A stretch of DNA of 64,000 nt from Cytophagales bacterium (GTDB taxonomy: Bacteria > Bacteroidota > Bacteroidia > Cytophagales > Cyclobacteriaceae): contig JBBINY010000007.1 in assembly GCA_037443645.1 (NCBI GenBank), positions 3,450-67,449 of the forward strand, in the 5' to 3' direction. Positions 29,782-39,117 of the stretch are shown here, one piece after another. A program made the translations under genes and the position numbers. The notes beneath the pieces were generated by a model. That model searched no databases. It saw only the letters and a program-made list of their open reading frames with translations, and was not told where the DNA came from. Within the stretch, counting starts at the first letter, position 1. Each line of letters begins with the position of its first letter.

Positions 29782-31884
29782 ATGGCATTTATTGGCAAGT
29801 TGAGGGATAGGATGGGTACCTGGGTAGTGGTATTTGTGTTTGTGGCTATTTCAGCATTCATTCTGGGCGATTTATTAGGCAATAATTCGGTTGTTTTCAA
29901 CCGTAACGATGTGGGCGAAATTGCCGGGTATTCGGTTTCGCAGGATGAGTTTCAACAGGCAGTTCGGGAACGGGAAGCCAGTTACATCCTCAACTTCAAT
30001 CGCCAGCCTGGCGACCGCGAAATGATTACCCTGCGGCAACAAGCCTGGGAAATGCTCATTGTCCGCCACGCTATTCAGAAAGAATACGCCAAAGTGGGTG
30101 TAGTCGTTTCCGATGAAGAAGTAGTGGATATGATTACCGGAAAAAATGTGGACGAAAGCATTAAACAATCCTTCATCAACCAGGAAACAGGCCAGTTCGA
30201 CAGAGCCCAACTGGGCACGTACATCAACCAATTGAAATCCATGCCCGTGGGATCAGAGCCGCGTGTACGCTGGGAAATTTTTGAGCGCGACCTGCGGCCT
30301 GCCCGTGAACGACTCAAATACGAAAACCTGCTGATTAAAAGTGCTTACGTAACCACTGCACAGGCTGAACTGGATTACCACATGCAAAACGATGTGGCTG
30401 AAGTAAAATACCTGTACATTCCCTATTACTCCATAAGTGACACATCGGTCTCTGTAACCGATCCCGATCTGAAGTCCTATTACAATAAGAATAAAGAAAA
30501 ATACAAAGCCGAACACACGCGCAACCTGAAATATGTTTCATTCCCGGTTCTGCCTTCGGCCGATGATACCCTGGCCATTAAAGAAGAAATTGTCCGCCTT
30601 GCTGCCGAATTGAAAACCTCTGATAACGATTCGGTATTTGCCACGCTCAATACCGATGGCCGCAATGCTTATTCAAAATATACTTCGGGTAACTTACCCG
30701 CCTTTGTAAATCCGGCCGAACTGGTTCCCGGTAATGTGGTAGGCCCTTTTATTGATGAGGCCGCCTTTAAAATCTTTAAGGTTTCTAAATCAGGAACCGA
30801 CACCACCTACAGCGCGCGGGCCAGTCACATCCTGATCCGCTGGGATAATGAAACCGATGCAGCGAAAAAAGAAGCCAAAGAAAAAGCACGAAACATTCTT
30901 AAAGACATTAAAGCAGGAGCCAGTTTTGCAGCCAAAGCCCGCGAATTCGGCACCGATGGCACTGCCGCTCAGGGTGGAGATCTTGGTTGGTTCACCAGTG
31001 GAATGATGGTGAAGCCTTTCCAGGATGCTGTCTTTGCCGCAACAAAAAAAGGCGTGCTGAACGATGTGGTTGAAACCGAATTCGGTTACCACATCATTGA
31101 TGTAACCGAAGTAAAGGATAATCGCTTTTATACACTGGCCATTATTGAACGGGATATAACACCGGGTGATGCCTCGATTAACGAAACCTTGCGCAAGGCC
31201 GAACTTTTCGCTTCCGATCTTGATGGCGTTGAACCCTTCAGCGAAAGAGCCGCTAAAGCCGGTTACCCTGTACAGGATGCCACCAACATCGGCACTGCCG
31301 AAAGACGCGTAGGCACCCTGGGGGATGCACGCCAGATTGTTACCTGGCTTTTCCGCGAAGCAAAAACAGGAAAGGTGTCTGATGCCTTCGATTTGCAGGA
31401 TCAATATGTTGTTGCCGTGATGACAGGCGAAACCGAAAAAGGCATTAAATCCCTTAATCAGGTGAAGGAAGAAATCAGGCCGGCCGTTTTAAATGAGTTG
31501 AAAGGAAAAAAGATAATTGCAAAATTGAGCGGCCTTTCAGGTACCCTTGACGAAATGGCGACCGCTTATGGCCGCGATGCATCTGTTTATACAAACAGCA
31601 GCCTGAAGCTGAATACCAATTCTCTGACATCCGTTGGATTTGATCCGCAAGCGGTAGGCAAAGCTTTTTCTCTGGAAGGTGGCCAACGCACAGAACCATT
31701 TGCTGGCGAAACAGGTGTTATTGTTTTTGAAATGCAGAATAAAACGTTAGCCCCTGCCATTGGTGACTATACCATGTTTAAGGCGCAACTCGAGCAGGGG
31801 TTGGGCCGCACCAACAGTTTTAATATTGCCGAAGCCATTAAAGAGGCCGCCAATATTGAAGACAAACGGTACAAATTCTACTGA
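29782..31884 (+). CDS. periplasmic peptidylprolyl isomerase / chaperone (PpiD/SurA-like)
   Basis: 700 aa. N-terminal membrane anchor, SurA_N-like region, and a parvulin domain (SHILIRW...GGDLGWFTSGMMVKPFQDAVF...FGYHIIDV). Confidence 0.85.
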   Translation: MAFIGKLRDRMGTWVVVFVFVAISAFILGDLLGNNSVVFNRNDVGEIAGYSVSQDEFQQAVREREASYILNFNRQPGDREMITLRQQAWEMLIVRHAIQKEYAKVGVVVSDEEVVDMITGKNVDESIKQSFINQETGQFDRAQLGTYINQLKSMPVGSEPRVRWEIFERDLRPARERLKYENLLIKSAYVTTAQAELDYHMQNDVAEVKYLYIPYYSISDTSVSVTDPDLKSYYNKNKEKYKAEHTRNLKYVSFPVLPSADDTLAIKEEIVRLAAELKTSDNDSVFATLNTDGRNAYSKYTSGNLPAFVNPAELVPGNVVGPFIDEAAFKIFKVSKSGTDTTYSARASHILIRWDNETDAAKKEAKEKARNILKDIKAGASFAAKAREFGTDGTAAQGGDLGWFTSGMMVKPFQDAVFAATKKGVLNDVVETEFGYHIIDVTEVKDNRFYTLAIIERDITPGDASINETLRKAELFASDLDGVEPFSERAAKAGYPVQDATNIGTAERRVGTLGDARQIVTWLFREAKTGKVSDAFDLQDQYVVAVMTGETEKGIKSLNQVKEEIRPAVLNELKGKKIIAKLSGLSGTLDEMATAYGRDASVYTNSSLKLNTNSLTSVGFDPQAVGKAFSLEGGQRTEPFAGETGVIVFEMQNKTLAPAIGDYTMFKAQLEQGLGRTNSFNIAEAIKEAANIEDKRYKFY

Positions 31885-31898
31885 TTGCAAATTTTAAA

Positions 31899-31926
31899 CA
31901 GGCCTCATCTGAGGCCTGAATTTTTT
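31899..31926 (+). terminator. rho-independent terminator after the PpiD-like gene, abutting the next start codon
   Basis: CAGGCCTC-atct-GAGGCCTG followed by AATTTTTT. The next ATG starts at 31927, immediately after the T-tract. Confidence 0.65.
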
Positions 31927-32190
31927 ATGGACCAGGAGTCGGTTAATTCATTTCGGGTAAAACTCGATCAGCATTATCGCTGGCCTGCCCTCTACATGTT
32001 CAAATTCATCGTACCCAGTGAAAAGGCGGACGAAGTGACCCGCTTATTCCCTATGCACGCCAGCACACAAAAGGAATCGAGAGAAGGAAAATACACCAGC
32101 ATTACCCTGCAAATGATGATGCCCTCCAGCGATGCAGTAATTGAAGTGTATCAAAAAGCCTCAACCATTGAAGGCCTTATTGCCCTGTAG
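31927..32190 (+). CDS. DUF493 (YbeD-like) family protein
   Basis: ATG at 31927 chosen; 87 aa. YMFKFIVPS...ITLQMMMPSSDAVIEVYQKA resembles the small alpha/beta DUF493 family. Confidence 0.5.
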   Translation: MDQESVNSFRVKLDQHYRWPALYMFKFIVPSEKADEVTRLFPMHASTQKESREGKYTSITLQMMMPSSDAVIEVYQKASTIEGLIAL

Positions 32191-32239
32191 AGGTTAGCAA
32201 TTTGTTTGTACTTTCGTCCGGAATAAAATCATCAGCGCT

Positions 32240-32476
32240 ATGTGGAAAGAAGCTGACAACAAGCTATCGAAGTCATTTACATTTCAGGACTTCACCGAAG
32301 CATTCGGTTTCATGACCAAAGTGGCCATTGAAGCCGAAAAAATGAACCACCACCCAACATGGACAAACACCTGGAACAAGGTGAGTTTTGAACTGTGCAC
32401 GCACGATGCAGGCAATACAGTAACCGACCGCGACAGGAAATTAGCAGCCATGATTGATAAACTTGCCGGTCAGTAA
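32240..32476 (+). CDS. 4a-hydroxytetrahydrobiopterin dehydratase
   Basis: 78 aa with the PCD/DCoH motif [18 protein letters not shown]...THD. Confidence 0.85.
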   Translation: MWKEADNKLSKSFTFQDFTEAFGFMTKVAIEAEKMNHHPTWTNTWNKVSFELCTHDAGNTVTDRDRKLAAMIDKLAGQ

Positions 32477-33156
32477 TGGAGTTCCGTGCTTCGCTATACA
32501 TCGTTCCCACCCCGATCGGAAACCTGGGCGATATTACCCTTCGCGCACTTGAGGTTCTTAAATCGGTGGATATGATCCTGGCCGAAGACACCCGTACTTC
32601 CGGAAAGTTGTTACACCATTTTTCGATCGACAAGCCACTCAGAAGTTTTCATAATTTCAATGAACACAAAGTGGTTGCTGGATTAATCGCGCAATTGCAA
32701 GCCGGCAAACGAATAGCCTTGATCAGCGATGCCGGCACACCCGGCATTTCCGATCCCGGCTTTTTGATCATTCGGGCAGCCTTGAAGGCGGGTGTTCCGG
32801 TTGATTGCCTGCCCGGGCCTACTGCTTTTGTACCCGCCCTCATCAAATCAGGCTTGCCATGCGACCGGTTTGTGTTCGAGGGATTTTTACCTCATAAAAA
32901 AGGCCGGCAGACCTTATTGAAAAAGCTGGCTACGGAAGAACGAACTATGATTTTCTATGAATCGCCTCACCGGCTGGTAAAAACCCTTCAACAGTTTATT
33001 GAATTTCTCGGTGCAGAAAGGCCTGCTTCCGTCTCGCGGGAGTTAACAAAGCTTTTTGAAGAAACTATAAATGGCACTCTACAGGATCTTCTGGCCTACT
33101 TCTCTAAAAAGGAAGTGAAGGGAGAAATTGTAATCGTAGTAGCCGGCCATTCCTAA
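32476..33156 (+). CDS. rsmI: 16S rRNA (cytidine1402-2'-O)-methyltransferase
   Basis: 226 aa. N-terminal LYIVPTPIGNLGDITLRALEVL...AEDTR; tetrapyrrole-methylase fold. TAATG overlap with the upstream gene. Confidence 0.9.
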   Translation: MEFRASLYIVPTPIGNLGDITLRALEVLKSVDMILAEDTRTSGKLLHHFSIDKPLRSFHNFNEHKVVAGLIAQLQAGKRIALISDAGTPGISDPGFLIIRAALKAGVPVDCLPGPTAFVPALIKSGLPCDRFVFEGFLPHKKGRQTLLKKLATEERTMIFYESPHRLVKTLQQFIEFLGAERPASVSRELTKLFEETINGTLQDLLAYFSKKEVKGEIVIVVAGHS

Positions 33157-33221
33157 CCCGTTCATATAACTTTTTAACGGGTTCAGTCGTTGTGGATTAT
33201 ATTCACACTTCAATTCCTTCT

Positions 33222-34022
33222 ATGAATCTAGGAATCATTGAGCAACAGGTTATTGAAATCTGCAGGGAAGTCGCGCATTTTATCCAAACTGAGGCAAAGG
33301 CATTCGATCGGTCGCGCATAGAATTCAAGCAGGGCTTTAATAACCTGGTTTCGTATGTTGATAAGGAGGCGGAGCAGAAACTGGTTGGCCAACTGAAGCA
33401 ACTCTTGCCGGATGCCGGTTTCCTTGCTGAAGAAGGAACCAGCATTTCAACGGAAAGCGGATATACCTGGATCATTGACCCGCTTGATGGCACTACCAAT
33501 TTTATGCATGGCTTACCCCCTTACGCCATTAGCGTTGCCCTGGCCGAAAAAAACGATATCATTTTGGGAGTTGTGTACGAGATCAACCGCGATGAATGTT
33601 TTTATGCTGTTAAGAATGGCAAAGCTTTCTGCAATGGCATGGAAATCCGCGTATCGGCAACCGAAAACCTCAATGCGAGTTTACTGGCAACCGGTTTTCC
33701 ATACTACCATCTCGATAAGAAAGAGGTTTACCTGGAAATCATAAAAGCCTTTTTGGAAAAAACGCACGGCATACGCAGGTTAGGCAGTGCGGCAGTTGAT
33801 CTTGCTTATGTAGCCTGCGGCCGGTTTGATGGCTTCTTTGAATATAATCTGAATGCCTGGGATGTGGCAGCGGGTGCCTTTATCGTACAGCGGGCAGGAG
33901 GTACAGTAACCGATTTTAGCGGAGGAAACAATTTTCTGTATGGCGGGCAGGTGATGGCAGCTGGCGGAGTGCATGCTCAAATGCTGGAGGTAATCAATCC
34001 GCTTTGGTATAGAAAAAAATAA
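33222..34022 (+). CDS. inositol monophosphatase family protein
   Basis: ATG at 33222 chosen; 266 aa. Motifs WIIDPLDGTTNF and WDVAAG. Confidence 0.85.
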   Translation: MNLGIIEQQVIEICREVAHFIQTEAKAFDRSRIEFKQGFNNLVSYVDKEAEQKLVGQLKQLLPDAGFLAEEGTSISTESGYTWIIDPLDGTTNFMHGLPPYAISVALAEKNDIILGVVYEINRDECFYAVKNGKAFCNGMEIRVSATENLNASLLATGFPYYHLDKKEVYLEIIKAFLEKTHGIRRLGSAAVDLAYVACGRFDGFFEYNLNAWDVAAGAFIVQRAGGTVTDFSGGNNFLYGGQVMAAGGVHAQMLEVINPLWYRKK

Positions 34023-34055
34023 GAGGCGTTCTCAAAAAGTCTGAGACAGCCTCTT
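34013..34055 (-). terminator. terminator hairpin between convergent genes (T-tract on the minus strand)
   Basis: AAGAGGC..TCTCA-aaaagtc-TGAGA..GCCTCTT extended stem. On the minus strand it is followed by ATTTTTTTC. It overlaps the last codons of the plus-strand IMPase gene. Confidence 0.55.
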
Positions 34056-34086
34056 ACAGAGATACCTGGTAAATCATCAGGCTGGG

Positions 34087-36495
34087 TTACTCGTAACGAA
34101 GCGATTCCACCGGGTTTACCGTGGCCGCTCTGATGGAACGATAGCTTACCGTAAGCAGGGCAATTAACAGCGATGAGCCCGCACCTAAGATGAAAACCGA
34201 AGGCCCTAATTCAATCCGGTAGGCAAACTGATCGAGGTACATACGCATAACCCACCAACTAAGCGGGGCAGCCAACAAAAAGCCCACCAGCACCAATACG
34301 GCAAACTCTTTGGAGAACCTGATAAGAATGCTCTCCACCGATGCGCCCAGTACCTTTCGCACGCCAATCTCTTTCGTTTTCTGGCTGGCCATAAACGTTA
34401 CCAGGCCCAGCAAGCCAAGGCAGCCGATAAAGATGGCCATCGAGGTGAAGATTGTCAGCAATACCGACATCCTTCGCTGGCTGTCATAAAACTCCCGGAT
34501 TTGCTCATCCAGAAATTCGTAGCTGAAAATATGTTCAGGATAGGCAGTTTCCCACTTTGACTGAACCTGGCTGATAACTCCCTGCAAGTTGGCCGTGCTG
34601 ATTCTGAGCGAAAGAGTTTCATACCCCCTGACCCGGTTAAGCAGGATTACCGGTTCAATGGGCTCTGCCAACGACATGGTGTGAAAATCATTCACCACAC
34701 CAACAACAGAACGTTTGCGCCCCCACATGTTGATTTCCTTGCCTATCACTTCCGCGGGGTCGTTAAAGCCAATCATTTTTACAAGCTTTTCATTCACCAC
34801 AAATCCTGTGGCCGTATCTCCATCGGTCAATTTTTCTCCCGCCAGAATGGTGAGTCCAAACAAATCAAAATAATCACCGTCAACCTGTTTCACCTGCGTT
34901 ACAAACTCTTCCTCACTACCCTGAATGGTAAAGCCGGTACCGGAAACCTTACCCGAGGCAGGCGGGGCACTGTTCAGGCTTGCCTGCTCAATACCGGCAA
35001 GGGTAAGCAATTCCTGTTTAAGCGCTCGCATCTTGCTGGCGCCATCAATACCTACCGGTGATTCCTGCTCCGGAACAGGAATTGAAATAATGGCCTCTTT
35101 TCGAAATCCAAGATCTTTTGACTGAAAATAGTCCATCTGCCGCAGCAGCACAATGGTGCCGATAATGAAGAATTGAGAAATGAAAAATTGTGCAATAACG
35201 AGGCCTCTGCGCAAGGAATATCCCGATGAATTCCTGTTGCTAATGAGATTCTTCATGGCCAATGCCGGCCTGAAACCTGAAACAACAAAAGAAGGATATA
35301 ACCCCGATAGGAAAGAAACAACAACCAGTATAGATCCTAAAAAAATCCAAAGCAAAGCATCCTGTTTCAGGTCTATCGAAAGGTTCAGTTCAAGAAATGG
35401 ATTCAGGAAACTTAACGCAAGCTGAGCACACGCAAGGGAAATCACAACCGAAACAAAGGTTACCAAACTTGTCTCTCCAAGGAACTGCACAATCAATTGC
35501 CACCGGGTTCCGCCAAGTGCTTTCCGGATACCGACCTCTCTCGACCGCTTAATGGCTTCGGCTGTGGTAAGATTGATGAAATTGATGCACGCGGTAATGA
35601 CAAGAAAAAGAGCAATTATTCCGAGCGCCAGTAAAACAGGTTTGGGTATGGTGTTATAGTTGTAATTGCTGTACCGGTCGTCAAAGTGAATGTCAGAAAG
35701 CGGTTGTAATGCGTGTACACGTAAAAAATTGGTATTGTTGTCCCCCAAATATTTCTTAACAAAGTCGGGCATTCGTGCCTCAATGGCAGCGGCTGCTTCA
35801 CCCTCCTTTACCAGGATGTAGCATTGCTCATCGCTCCAAATGCTGTTCCATCCTTTTTCATCGGTCTCCTTTTTGATGGTGGCAGCCGAAAGCATCACGT
35901 CAAACGGAAAATCAGTGTTGTTGGGGTAATCCTCCATGATGGCTGTAACCCGATACTCCCGGCTATCAAATTTCAGCACTTCGCCAACCGCATCGTCTTT
36001 ACCGAAATATTTAAGTGCCGCCTTTTTTGAAATAATAACTTCATTCGGCTCATCAAGTCCCTTCCCGGCATCGCCTACCAGCATTTCACGTTCAAAAATT
36101 TTGAAGAAATTAGGTTGCGCAAATACCACACCCTTTGGTTCATCGAATTTTTTAGACTCACCATTGGGTTGGGGCACTGAAATCATACTGCCGGCCCGGT
36201 AGGAAAGAAAGGTCACTTCTTCAGCTTCCGGAAAATCGGTACGGAATGCTTCAGGTAACACGGACGGTACTCCGGGTGTATGGTTGTAACCATTGTTACC
36301 GCGGGTTTGGGTAACGATCCGGTAGATTCGGTCGCGTTTGGAATGAAATGCATCAAAACTGGAAGCATGGCGGATAATCAGGAACAAGATGAGTGAGCTG
36401 CTGATGCCTAAGGTAAGCCCCGAGATGTTGATCAGGGTGCTGCCCTTCTCGCGCCACAGGTTTCGAAAGGCCGTTTTAAGATAATTTCTGAACAT
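34087..36495 (-). CDS. FtsX-like ABC transporter permease (MacB-type, duplicated, about 800 aa), no adjacent ATPase
   Basis: 802 aa with two MacB_PCD-like periplasmic domains and two FtsX 3-TM modules. C-terminus ...AATVNPVESLRYE. Confidence 0.85.
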   Translation of the reverse strand: MFRNYLKTAFRNLWREKGSTLINISGLTLGISSSLILFLIIRHASSFDAFHSKRDRIYRIVTQTRGNNGYNHTPGVPSVLPEAFRTDFPEAEEVTFLSYRAGSMISVPQPNGESKKFDEPKGVVFAQPNFFKIFEREMLVGDAGKGLDEPNEVIISKKAALKYFGKDDAVGEVLKFDSREYRVTAIMEDYPNNTDFPFDVMLSAATIKKETDEKGWNSIWSDEQCYILVKEGEAAAAIEARMPDFVKKYLGDNNTNFLRVHALQPLSDIHFDDRYSNYNYNTIPKPVLLALGIIALFLVITACINFINLTTAEAIKRSREVGIRKALGGTRWQLIVQFLGETSLVTFVSVVISLACAQLALSFLNPFLELNLSIDLKQDALLWIFLGSILVVVSFLSGLYPSFVVSGFRPALAMKNLISNRNSSGYSLRRGLVIAQFFISQFFIIGTIVLLRQMDYFQSKDLGFRKEAIISIPVPEQESPVGIDGASKMRALKQELLTLAGIEQASLNSAPPASGKVSGTGFTIQGSEEEFVTQVKQVDGDYFDLFGLTILAGEKLTDGDTATGFVVNEKLVKMIGFNDPAEVIGKEINMWGRKRSVVGVVNDFHTMSLAEPIEPVILLNRVRGYETLSLRISTANLQGVISQVQSKWETAYPEHIFSYEFLDEQIREFYDSQRRMSVLLTIFTSMAIFIGCLGLLGLVTFMASQKTKEIGVRKVLGASVESILIRFSKEFAVLVLVGFLLAAPLSWWVMRMYLDQFAYRIELGPSVFILGAGSSLLIALLTVSYRSIRAATVNPVESLRYE

Positions 36496-36669
36496 AAAAG
36501 ATTTTTAATCCTTGTGCACCAGCCAAACAAAGTGCCAAGTAAGAGGCGGTCAATTCGGTCTGAATTAAAAACATAAATAGCGATGCCCGTTCGAAACCGC
36601 CCTATTTTGTCCGCCAGCGGACATATCGCTCTGGGTTTACAAGTTTCTGATTTTCCGCTACCTTTGGGC

Positions 36670-36843
36670 ATGATCCAGTCATTACTTATCCTGTTGCTTT
36701 TTGCTGCCGCTGTAGTTTACCTGGGGCGAATGGTGTATACAGCATTTACGGCTAAATCGTGTGCTTCGGGCTGCGGAAAGTGCAGCACTCTTGATATTGA
36801 CAGGATTGCCAACCAGGTACGAAGCCGCGAGAATTTTCTCTAG
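36670..36843 (+). CDS. small Cys-rich membrane peptide (FeoB-associated Cys-rich membrane protein-like)
   Basis: 57 aa from the ATG at 36670: MIQSLLILLLFAAAVVYLGRMVYTAFTAKSCASGCGKCSTLDIDRIANQVRSRENFL. One TM helix is followed by C-x3-C-x2-C. An alternative upstream ATG at 36583 gives 86 aa. A TACCTTTG box sits 3 nt before 36670, so the start is uncertain. Confidence 0.4.
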   Translation: MIQSLLILLLFAAAVVYLGRMVYTAFTAKSCASGCGKCSTLDIDRIANQVRSRENFL

Positions 36844-37865
36844 GCCCACACGTTCGTGCCTTCCGTACAGTTTTTACAGATTTCGATTTCCTTTCGGGAC
36901 TTAAGCAGGGATGCCCGGAATTGATTGTACCGTTCACTAAACCAGATTTCTTCAAACGAATTTTTGGCTAAATCCCCTAGCACAAAGTGTGCGTCTTTAT
37001 CGAAGCAGCAGGGCACCACTTTGCCATCCCATGTGATAACACAACTGTGCCACATTTTCCAGCAATGATTATCGAGCGTGTTCTTTATAACGTATTTTCC
37101 GTTGCCGTTTTGTTTATAGCGCGAATACTTGCCTTGCCTTGGGATCAGTTCTGACCCATTTTGGTAATCATAAATCTGGGCAGTTTTGAGCAACACCTGA
37201 TCAACCTTCAATTGCTTTGCCAGCCGGTACACATCCGGAACCTGATGTTCGTTTGGCCCCACCACCAAAAACTGAAAAATAACATGCGGGGCTTTTGACT
37301 TTAATTTCTTTCTCCACCCTAGTATGTTCCGGGTTCCCTCAATCACCTTATCCAGCGATCCTCCAACCCGGTATGCATTGTAAGTTTCCTGCGTTGTACC
37401 ATCGATGGAGATGATCAGGCGATCGAGACCCGACTCCACCGTAAGTCTGGCAGATTCATCGTTAAGATAATGCGCATTGGTTGAAGTAGCCGTGTAAATG
37501 CTTTTGTTGCTGGCGTAACGCACCATATCCAGAAAATGCGGATTTAGATACGGTTCGCCCTGAAAGTAAAAAATAAGATACGGCAAGGTGGGCGCAAGCT
37601 GATCGATGGCACTTTGGAAAACTTTTTCCTGCAACATTCCGGTTGGCCTGGTGAACGAACGCAAGCCACTGGGGCATTCCGGGCATCGAAGGTTACAACT
37701 GGTAGTAGGCTCAATGGAAATGCTTATCGGCAGTCCCGTTATGCCGGGCCTCCCTGAGAGGCGCGAGGTATAATAGGAAGAAAGGACCTGTATTGCATTG
37801 CGGCTTTTCCTGACCGACAATTTTCCCATAATGTTCAGCGCATCGGAAACTCTGCCTTTCATCAT
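36840..37865 (-). CDS. radical SAM/SPASM domain-containing protein
   Basis: 341 aa. CxxxCxxC cluster motif (CNLRCPEC), GGEP-like FQGEPYL, and a C-terminal SPASM-type Cys cluster (CWKMWHSC...PCCFD...CKNC). Confidence 0.85.
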   Translation of the reverse strand: MMKGRVSDALNIMGKLSVRKSRNAIQVLSSYYTSRLSGRPGITGLPISISIEPTTSCNLRCPECPSGLRSFTRPTGMLQEKVFQSAIDQLAPTLPYLIFYFQGEPYLNPHFLDMVRYASNKSIYTATSTNAHYLNDESARLTVESGLDRLIISIDGTTQETYNAYRVGGSLDKVIEGTRNILGWRKKLKSKAPHVIFQFLVVGPNEHQVPDVYRLAKQLKVDQVLLKTAQIYDYQNGSELIPRQGKYSRYKQNGNGKYVIKNTLDNHCWKMWHSCVITWDGKVVPCCFDKDAHFVLGDLAKNSFEEIWFSERYNQFRASLLKSRKEIEICKNCTEGTNVWA

Positions 37866-37938
37866 GCCGGTAAGATAATTTAAAATTAATGGTGAGAGGG
37901 AGTTTTGTTTTTATCTTTCGGGATTACTGCCAGACAAC

Positions 37939-39117
37939 ATGAAACAGCGACTGATTTTTGCATGGCTATTCCTTGGGGCTATACCGGCTTTGGCACAACT
38001 GGCACTCTCAGATGAAGCAGAAATTTCGGTCATCACCTGCGGCCCCGGCCAAAATGAATTATACTCGGCCTTCGGCCACAGCGCCTTCCGGGTGAATGAT
38101 CCGGTTAATGGATTTGATCTGGCATTCAATTATGGTGTTTTTGATTTCAACCAACCCAACTTCTACCTGAATTTTGCGCGCGGACACAACCTGTACAAAC
38201 TGGCCGTTCAGGATTACAAACGATTTGAGTATTTCTACATCCATTACAACCGGTATGTGCACGAACAGGTGCTTAACCTTTCGCAGGCACAAAAACAGCG
38301 GCTATTTGATTACCTGCAATGGAATGCCCGGCCGGAAAATCAAAGTTATTTGTACGACTACTTCTACGACAACTGCGCCACCAAGCTACCGGAAATTGTT
38401 ACGAAGGTTTTTGGCGACTCCGTGGTGTTTGACGGATCGTACATTACCCAGTTCCGCTCTTTCCGGGAATTAACCGATCTGTACCTCCAGTGGCAACCCT
38501 GGGGCGATCTGGGCATTGATATTTGCCTGGGTTTACCAATGGACAAACAGGCTTCACCGCATGAACACATGTTTCTGCCCGATTATGTGGAAGCCGGGTT
38601 TGATCATGCCTCCCTCAGTGGCCTTCCGTTGGTGAAGAATAAAAATATGATCTATGAATCACAGCCGGAAAATTTTAACAACGGACTATTTGTACCGCTC
38701 AACGTCTTCTCATTTTTTGCCCTTGCAGGGATTGCCCTGTCGCTGTACGACAGCAAACGAAAAAAAATTTCCACGTGGCTTGATGTACTTCTGTTCGGCA
38801 TAACGGGTGCCATAGGCTTGTTGTTGTTTATCCTGTGGACAGCAACCGATCATCGTGCTGCATCCAATAATTTAAATGTCATCTGGGCACTTCCTACCCA
38901 TTTGCTTGTTGCATTTGCCTTGCTGAAACACCGTCTCTGGCTTAAAAATTATTTCTTACTAACAATCAGCTTGAATGGCGTGCTGCTAGCAACCTGGGCA
39001 TGGTTGCCGCAAAAACTTCACTACTCCCTTATACCGGTAGTTATCCTGCTAACGATTCGCTCCTGGGTTCAATACAGGCGGAATTCAAGAGGTATGCCGG
39101 CAATTACCTACAGGTGA
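37939..39117 (+). CDS. DUF4105 (Lnb N-terminal periplasmic domain) membrane protein
   Basis: 392 aa. Signal peptide, ISVITCGPGQNELYSAFGHSAFRV motif typical of DUF4105, and C-terminal TM helices. Confidence 0.75.
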   Translation: MKQRLIFAWLFLGAIPALAQLALSDEAEISVITCGPGQNELYSAFGHSAFRVNDPVNGFDLAFNYGVFDFNQPNFYLNFARGHNLYKLAVQDYKRFEYFYIHYNRYVHEQVLNLSQAQKQRLFDYLQWNARPENQSYLYDYFYDNCATKLPEIVTKVFGDSVVFDGSYITQFRSFRELTDLYLQWQPWGDLGIDICLGLPMDKQASPHEHMFLPDYVEAGFDHASLSGLPLVKNKNMIYESQPENFNNGLFVPLNVFSFFALAGIALSLYDSKRKKISTWLDVLLFGITGAIGLLLFILWTATDHRAASNNLNVIWALPTHLLVAFALLKHRLWLKNYFLLTISLNGVLLATWAWLPQKLHYSLIPVVILLTIRSWVQYRRNSRGMPAITYR

